Below are positions 56,019 to 64,000 of a stretch of DNA of 64,000 bases, in pieces (the stretch's first letter is position 1; each line of letters starts with the position of its first letter). Under the pieces are notes generated by a model. That model saw only the letters and a program-made list of their open reading frames with translations, was not told the origin of the DNA and searched no databases. This DNA comes from the human T2T-CHM13v2.0 reference genome, Homo sapiens. The translations under genes were made by a program, and so were the position numbers. The stretch lies in the NCBI RefSeq assembly GCF_009914755.1, contig NC_060934.1. The stretch is one strand, 5' to 3'.

Positions 56019-59000
56019 TGTACGTTAATATGGAGAGATGGGCTTGGGCCAGTGGGAAATAGAGAGACCCGCAAGCACAGAGTGACAGGGTTTGATAGTA
56101 AGCAGCAGGCCAGCGTTGCTGCTTTTATTCCTCGGTAAATCCTTGCACAATGCCATATGCTCTTGCATTCCGTAGCTGCTGCATAGGGTGTGATTTAGTT
56201 AATGCCCGCTCTGCAAACAGGAAACGGTGCTCACTGCTGTGTATGCTTTTCATGGAGATAAAGTGTCAGGAGCAAGACCCCAAACCTGCGAAATCACTAA
56301 TGCAACCGCCCCCCATGCCCCAAAAGGTGGGAGTGGGGGATAAAAAGAGTAGGAAAGTGGTGTGGGGAGGGGAAGCTTTAGGGCCATAACTCAGACAATT
56401 TGTCAGGCAGTGGCATCGGTTGGGAGGAAAATATTGATGTACACTTTTTGTTTTTGAACCTGAAGTTTGGGTTTTTTCGGATGCATTGGAGGACTTTTAA
56501 ATGTTTTCGGAGTGCCAGAGTTTGGACTGTTAGGTCACCGTAGGTACCGGCTTGCATATCATTTCAGAGGAATATTTTCAAAACTCCATAAAAACATGCG
56601 GCTTTCAAGGCTGGACCACTTGTTCAGGTCCTCCTCCCACCCCCCACCCTTTTTGGCAAAACCATGCAAACATTGGTATTCAAAAATATTTTGTTACTTT
56701 TCTTGGCAAAGTGTTCCAAGAAGGAATTGCAACACAGTCTCAGAGTTAGGAGGCAACTTTCTGGGGAAAAGGCGGGGGTTGGGGAGGTTTGGAGTTTGAA
56801 TCAAAAACAGACACCGAAGCTTTAATAAAATAAATGAAGCGGAGCCCTTTCAGCTCACGGTGGACTGTGTTGGTGCGCGGGTCAGGCTTTAACGTGCCTA
56901 GTGGAAATTGACAGTCTGAGAACTGGGACATAAACAAAAATGTCAGTCCCTGGGAGTCTTGTTCACTGGACAATGTCTCAATTGTTCCTTTGGTTTTCAA
57001 GGCAGCAGGGAGAGTGGAATATTAACTGTTTACTGCCCAAAGCTGGCTCGGAAATTGCTTGGAGAAGGGGAGAAAAAAGACAGAAAATCACATTTTTTAT
57101 TTAGAAACTATTAAACATGTCAGTAAGAGATAGGAAAAGAGCAGATTGTTTTCTCCTTAATTATCTGCCATTCACTTCCATATTTCTGCATACCATTTTT
57201 GGGGTGTGTGTGTGTGAAGGAACAGCAGGGTGTTTCTTTTTAAATTTGAATGTTAGCCTTGCATATTGTCAGTTTTTAAAGCTTGCTGGCATGTAGATTA
57301 TCCGCCCCCGGTGGATATGACAGTGGGCTTTAGGAAAGGAAGTGTGATTTCTGATAACATTTACATCTTAGCTGTTCAGCGGATACCCTGTTAGTGTTTG
57401 TTCTTCAGAATGCTCAGATAGAACAAAAATCAAGTGGTTGGAATTTTAAAAAACAAAATGTATTTGGCTCTCCATAAAAATGCATTTAGTGATAAAGGGG
57501 GGCAGCAAGTAACTATGTCTGAGAGAAGGAATTGCAGGCACAGAGGAGATCCAGAATTCTGTTCACACTTGAATTTACTTGATTCGAGAAACAAACAGCA
57601 AAGCCTGGTGTATTGGCCTTTATCTGGGCAAAGTTCAAAACTCAACTGGTAATTATGTCCTTAGAAGCCTTAAAAGGACTGTGTTGTTACAAAAGCAGTG
57701 ACTGAGCTTACTTCTTCAGGACCGAATGCACTCGAGTTGTTTGTTAGATAAACTTGTTTTAATAAATGGGGGGGTCAGGGGAGAGGTTTCTGTTCTTGGA
57801 AGATTCCCTGATAAGTAGCTTTCTTCTCTTGGAGAACTTCAGGCTTTCTCTCCAAGCGAGGGGTTTGCAGGCAGCTAAAGTCAGCTTCGGCTTCTGCTTC
57901 CTGTCAGTCAGGAAGTCACTTCCTTAACCCAAATTACAAGCTAGAGCACAACTCCCCAGCCATACCGAAAAGAGCAGGTTTTTCCCAGAAGACTGTGTTT
58001 CTAGATGCGGAAGTGTAAATTGGTACGCTGTGTGATCATGGAATGCCCAAAATACATAGGGAACAGTGTTGTTGGAAAGAGGCGCTGTGTCCCCAAGGAG
58101 AAGACGCCGCCCAGAATGGCTGGATCGCCTGTTGTGGCTGAGTGCGAGGCAGCTGTGGCTGGCTGCTGTGTGACGATGACCTAGTAGCCACCCATGTGGA
58201 GTCCTGGCTGCCTCAGAACCCTATCACATCTAGGCAAAATCTTGCATTTTTTATCTGGGAGGCCTGAGGACTTCAGGGCTGGTGGATAGTAAGCTCCTTG
58301 GTTATCTCACAGATACAAGAGGTCTTGGGAATCCACGATCAAACTTGATGTGTGCGTTTACCCTCCTCCCTTTGAATCTGTTATTCAAATATTTAAGCCT
58401 CCAACCTTGTGGCCCCTACCTGCACCACCCCTCACCCCCCCGACAAAAATCAAGCTCTTGACCTCATGGCTTCTTTCAGTGACCCTTGGGGGACAGAGTT
58501 TCCCAAGGCTGGTTGCCAGCTGGCATGGTCCCCCGTTGGTGAAGTGGAGACCTGTGTTTTTTTGGTCATTTTGCAAAGAGCTTATGGATGACAGCAGTTC
58601 TCTGTGCCTCGCTGGGACAGAGTGTATTCTGAGGTCCAGCGTCTGCATGGAGATCTGCCTATCCTTCACTTGGGGTGCTCAGTAGATAACGCGGCCACTT
58701 TCCTATACATTTCCTTAATTTAAGGGAACAGCGTAAACTCAGCCCAGGTGGATTAATCTCTCCAGTGACTTTTGAAACTTCAATCTCCAATTTCCCTCTT
58801 ATGTCTAGGTGTGAGTGAGGATACGTGTAGTAATTGTCGCAGGTATTAGTGAGAAAGGGTGCAGATCACACAAATATTTCACACGTTATTAGTTGGACCA
58901 GACTTTGGAGGCAAGGGAGGGCCGTGTCACCTAGGAAATTTGCTCTTCCGTGGAGATGAAAGGGCAGTGAATTAAGTGCCTGCTTTTTCTCCCTTTTTCC

Positions 59001-61159
59001 CTCTGACGGTTATTGATCCTCCCCTGGAACTGTACAGTTCACGTTCTGATCTTTTTCTTGACAAAGGGAATTCCCAGTTTGTTCGCTGGTGAACGCACTA
59101 GCAGGTGAGGAGTTAAAAGTTGGCAACGCCTGCCCTCTCGAGAGTGTCAGGATTTTTAGTCTCTTCCTTGAGAGCTAGAAGATGTTTCTAAAAGAATCTC
59201 TTTGGTGACTTAGAAGTGGAGAGAGCTTTAGAAGCATGGCACAAATAAAAGGAAAGAGGCAAACACCGTCATTCTACATCTGTTTATTTTGTTATTAACA
59301 AAAGGCAAGGCGATTTTCATTAAAGTTTTGCTGGGGTTGGGGGTGAGGGTGTAGAGAGCAAAAGTGTGAGTTGTACACCATGACTGGAATCGCTTGGACA
59401 TACTCTTCAGCAGACATCGTGTGACTGTGGAAGAAATGAGTTTCATGAAGATGACTGATAGAAGGAAGCCACTGAACCAGTCCTTTATCACCTCTTCCAA
59501 GGCTAAAGTTTGGAGCCACTTGCAGAAGGCTCTCCTCAAACCCCTGTGTTCTTTGCCTACCCCTGCTGTTGCCACATCATCTTGGAGAGCTGGCTGCTTC
59601 CCTCCTCAACTAGAAGTTCCTAGTGCCTGCTTAGTTCTTGTCTCTTGCTTCCCAAGTGCTCACAAAATACATCCATGTTCGCTACGAGGAAATGGACCAC
59701 ATAAGGTTTCCGTGAAAACCTTAGCCCTTAGGTCTAACACAGTAGGAACAGAAGTTAATGTTTTCCTGACGTAGAAGTTTCTCTTGCTGCTTCTGGTCAC
59801 ATTTCTTTCTTGTGTGGTTCTTCTATGGCTACTGCACTTTTTTTTTTTTCTTACTGTCTCCCCCTTCCCCCACACACCACCTTTTGGGGATAGGGTGGCA
59901 GGTGAGAATATAAACAGATAATGGTTAAGAGATAGTTTAGTCTTTCTAGGCCAGATTATTTAGTTTTTGCCATCTAGGTAAAATTCGGTCCAATTAAGCG
60001 TCCATTAAGTGTTTTAATATAAGCTGGAGAAGGAGTTGAACCTGGAGGTCAGGGCTCTGTGGTCTATTACAGTCCCCCTGGGGTCTCTAGCCCAAGGGAG
60101 ACTCCAGGGTCTTAATAAATGACTGGGGGTTTCATTTTGAGGCCTTTACTACCAAAGACTGAATAATACATTGGGCATGATGGTTTTGTCCTAAACATTA
60201 ACAGCCACAAAAGGTAGAGAGTGTGTCTGTTTACAGATACACATGTATCATGAATAATTAGTTGGGGACTCTGCGTCAGGTCTCTCATTTTACATTCGAG
60301 GAAGCAATGCACGGAATGAATTCTGGACCTGCGAACTCTGAATTTCAATTCTCTGTCTCCTACTTTTACTGGAGTGCTTGCAAACAGTACAGTGTTTTTG
60401 TTGTGAAGTTATACCGTGCCTGTAATCTCTCTGCGGGTGGCCCTCCTAAGCCCTACTTCAAGAAATAGCTCTAAGCTCATGACACCCGCCCCACCCGATG
60501 CCTACATATGTCTTATATCCTTGGAGTAGTGTTTGGGGTTGCAAATTTGACTTTAGGGAGACATACTCTCTGATGATAGGCTAATGCTTATATTTACTGA
60601 TAAACTTCCTTTTTGACGGTCATGGGCTTCGGGGGCCACCCAACCAAACTGTGTGGCTGCTTTTATGTTGGGCCAAAAGACAGGCTCCTTGTGTCCTCCC
60701 AGTTTCTTAAACAATGAAGTCATGGCATTTTACAGTGCTGGTGAATGGATTGAGATTGTGGTGGCCCTGGAATGTGGCACTGCTCTGGCTGGAGGGAAGA
60801 TGAGAGTGAGGGATGGAGAGGAGAGGAGAGCGGGAGATGGGAACCTGGTGGACACAGGAGGGAGTGTGAGTTCTGAGGGCCAAAGGAAACTTGACACCGG
60901 ATGGGACATTAATCTGATTCTGTTATCTGAGGCTGTCACCAGTCCTCCCTGTCCTCCTGGCGTGCTTCTGTTGAAACCCCCACACCCGGGTGATTCCTTG
61001 CCTCTCCCAAGGAGCCGGAGGGTGGAGAAAGCAACAAGAAAAAGGAGCCAAGAAAAGAGCAATGAAAGAGTTCTTTAGGAAAAGGGGAAGGTCCCGAGAG
61101 ATCTGGTAAATGTTAAACTGAAGGGCCAGGCATGAGGAAGAGTAGGCAGTAGGAGAAGA

Positions 61160-61236
61160 GTGTATGTGTGTGTGCACATGGATGTGGCGTGTGTGTGTGT
61201 GTGTGTGTGTGTGTTTCGTTGGATGGATGGATGATG
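61160..61236. repeat. (GT)13 at 61189-61214 with degenerate GT and (GGAT)3 flanks
   Basis: Counted directly. Confidence 0.9.
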
Positions 61237-63370
61237 TGTCGTCATCCAAGCAGATTCAAGGAGGTTCCTAAAAGGCAGTGAGGTTCCTGAAATAGACAAG
61301 TCTAGGGAACTCCTGCGAGGAAGGGGAGGCGTTTATTGGTATTTGGAGAGATTGTTAAGAGCTTGCTGGAGTCAGGTGGAGTCCCTGCCATTTTGCCTCT
61401 CATCTCCTGAAGAAGGACTGTTTCTTTTGGGATATGTAACAGGCTTCCAATCAGGCATCACAATTTTCTTGCTTGAGGTGTTTATTCTTTCACTCAAGCT
61501 AGCCGGAAGGAGCCTAATACCTGTCAGGAACTGCCTCCTCTGGGAGAGGGAGGGGCCAGGCCCAAATGGTGGCTGCAGAGGTATTTACCAGCTGGTTCCG
61601 TGCTCTGCAGAAGGTTGGTGAACATGTAAATGCGGGTAGTAGGCTCACATCTGCTTCTGTTTTTCCTTTTTCTGTAGGCCAGGCTGAAAGCTTAATAAAT
61701 TGTACGAAACCCAAGTAAGCATGGATGTTAAAGAACATTAAATAAATTATATAAGTATGCCTACCTGTAACACTTTTATAAGGCAAATGCACATGGGTTA
61801 TTTTGCCATAAACGTGCACATGGACCAAGATTTATTCTAAAGCCCTCTTGTTTCAGCCTTGCTGCTGGTGAAGGTACTACTGTTCATCAGCTTTTCCCTT
61901 TTTTACCTGGCATGCACTGTAGCTGGTCTTGGAAAATGCGATAATGATGCCATAAGTACCCTTGTGCAAAAGTTGTTTTTTGTTCCAAAACATTGCCAGT
62001 TCACAGCATATAAAACTACCACGGATGCTTCAGCCGGGTTTCTTTTTCTCCAAATAAGGCAAGCATTAATGAAGCAGCTGAGGGCTTGGGAAAATATTTT
62101 GTCATTCCCAAAATGAAATTTCTTCCCCTCTCTAGGCCTGCCCATTGATTTTTCAGCTGAAGCACAAGTGTCTAGCCAGACTTGGTGAACAGTAGGCCTT
62201 GCACCTAAACTTGTCAATTGCCATTGTCACCTCTAATGACCATTGATATAAATAATGCTCAGCCTTCATATTTCCATGCATATTCACCCAGAGACCAGAA
62301 GGCTTTGTGTAGAGGATGGTGGGATCATCCCATTCCATAGGGAAAAAAGGGCCAGGTTCCCTGACTCCACCTGTCATTGAATTACAAGCTGGGAAGCTGG
62401 GCCAGGCAGAGCTCCAGTTGCCAGACACTGTGGCCGCTCTGGTACCAGCTACTCCTAGTACCCAGTGCAGGCAAGGTGTTTAGTGTGGCCTATGAGGATG
62501 TTGTTTATCAGGCAGCAACCTCATGAATAGGCAAAAGGCCTGTTTTGAATGCCTCCTGTTTAGAAGTCTGAAATGTCACATCCAGACAGTTTGGAAACAT
62601 TTTAGGTGGAGTCAAGGGCAGAGACCAGAAGACATTCATAGATCTGCAGTTGCAGATGGAGACTTTGTTCCAGCTACCCATGGTGTGAGTATACCTTACG
62701 GGTGCTATTTGGAATAGGACCTTATTTTTGTTCAGTATATTGGACAAAGTAATTCCTGCTTCCAAACTCACACAGTATTTATGTGGCCCCGGCTGTCTGG
62801 CTTATCCACCTGCAGCTGTGGAATTACTTATGAAGCGCTTAATATGCAGCCTCGGTTTCTTTATCTGTTAAGAATCGGGATAACTGGGGCTTCTGAAGGG
62901 GTAGGGTCATGTAGCCTGGTGGTTAGGACCTCTGGCTTTAGAGATGGACAGGTTTTGGTTTGGGCTCTGGCTCAGCTGCCTCCTTGCTTTATCAGCTTGA
63001 GAAGTTAATAATCTCCAAGTTTCCTTATCTGTAAAGTAAGGAAAATAATAACTACCTCCCTCATAGGTTGTAGTTAGGAAAAAGATGTTGTGAGGCTCAG
63101 GTGGTCTGAGGGATATAGAATTGCTTCTCAAACATGATATGTTGCTTTGCCCAATGCTTAGGAGGGAGTTGCGGTTAATAGTTGAAGTGTTCTGCAAGTA
63201 AGTCTTTTGGATCAGTATAAGGCTGTGATAATTCTTATTATTTGGTTTGTGTCCGTGCATGAAAGCAGAAAGCAGCCAGAGGAGTCCATGATTCAAGGAG
63301 CATGAGAATTACTGTTTGCAACACCATGTTTTCTGAATTCCAGTATACCATCAGTTGTAAGATATGCTTA

Positions 63371-63679
<309 letters not shown>

Positions 63680-64000
63680 TTAATCTAAAAGCAAATTTTC
63701 AGGGAGAAAAAGAGCACGGCTCTCTTAACTGTATCTACTTACCATATGCATCTGAATTTCAGATGCGTAAAAATGTAGAAACAATGCGAGTCTTCAAATG
63801 GAGGAAATAATGCCTGTGTGCTTATATAATTTGAATAAAAGCTGTGCTGTTTGGAGCCCTAAACTTCAAATGGATGACATGTTAAAAGCTTCCAAACCCA
63901 CTTTTGATCAAAAATGGGTGGAACCTATGTGGACCAGATTTTTCAGCTGTGCTGAAAGAGTAACAGCAAACCAGAGTCATTGGGCGTGGTTGTGCCAACG

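Overview
Human (primate) genomic DNA from inside the TCF7L2 (TCF-4) gene, transcribed on the + strand. The only coding sequence is one 102-bp phase-0 exon at 37322-37423 ([34 protein letters not shown]; exon 5 in the 17-exon scheme, 'exon 4' in older papers). Everything else is the two flanking giant introns. The window lies in the type-2-diabetes association block. I recognise from memory the DG10S478 amplimer and the flanks of rs12243326, rs7895340, rs11196205 and rs12255372, the SNPs showing alleles I recall as non-risk; the rs7903146 flank is not present. The first 33 kb hold about 22 Alus, with nested Tigger4/MER58B/LTR insertions, whereas about 33-52.8 kb around the exon has no recognisable Alu. 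The other ORFs in the track look spurious. Best leads: (i) a diverged ~135-150-bp module duplicated 3.3 kb apart (13177/16480) that keeps TGACAG and GTAATAAA in both copies; (ii) a 28-bp dimeric minisatellite (8825-9387) growing out of a MER5 end, with CpG-decay signatures and NKX2-like motifs; (iii) two further diverged local duplications; (iv) exon read-through to a triple stop plus an intronic poly(A) signal (truncated, HMG-less TCF7L2); (v) a perfect TCF site, an AP-1 cluster, a candidate microexon and a candidate H/ACA RNA. No prokaryote-type system (CRISPR etc.) is present. I cannot establish a novel biological system from sequence alone.
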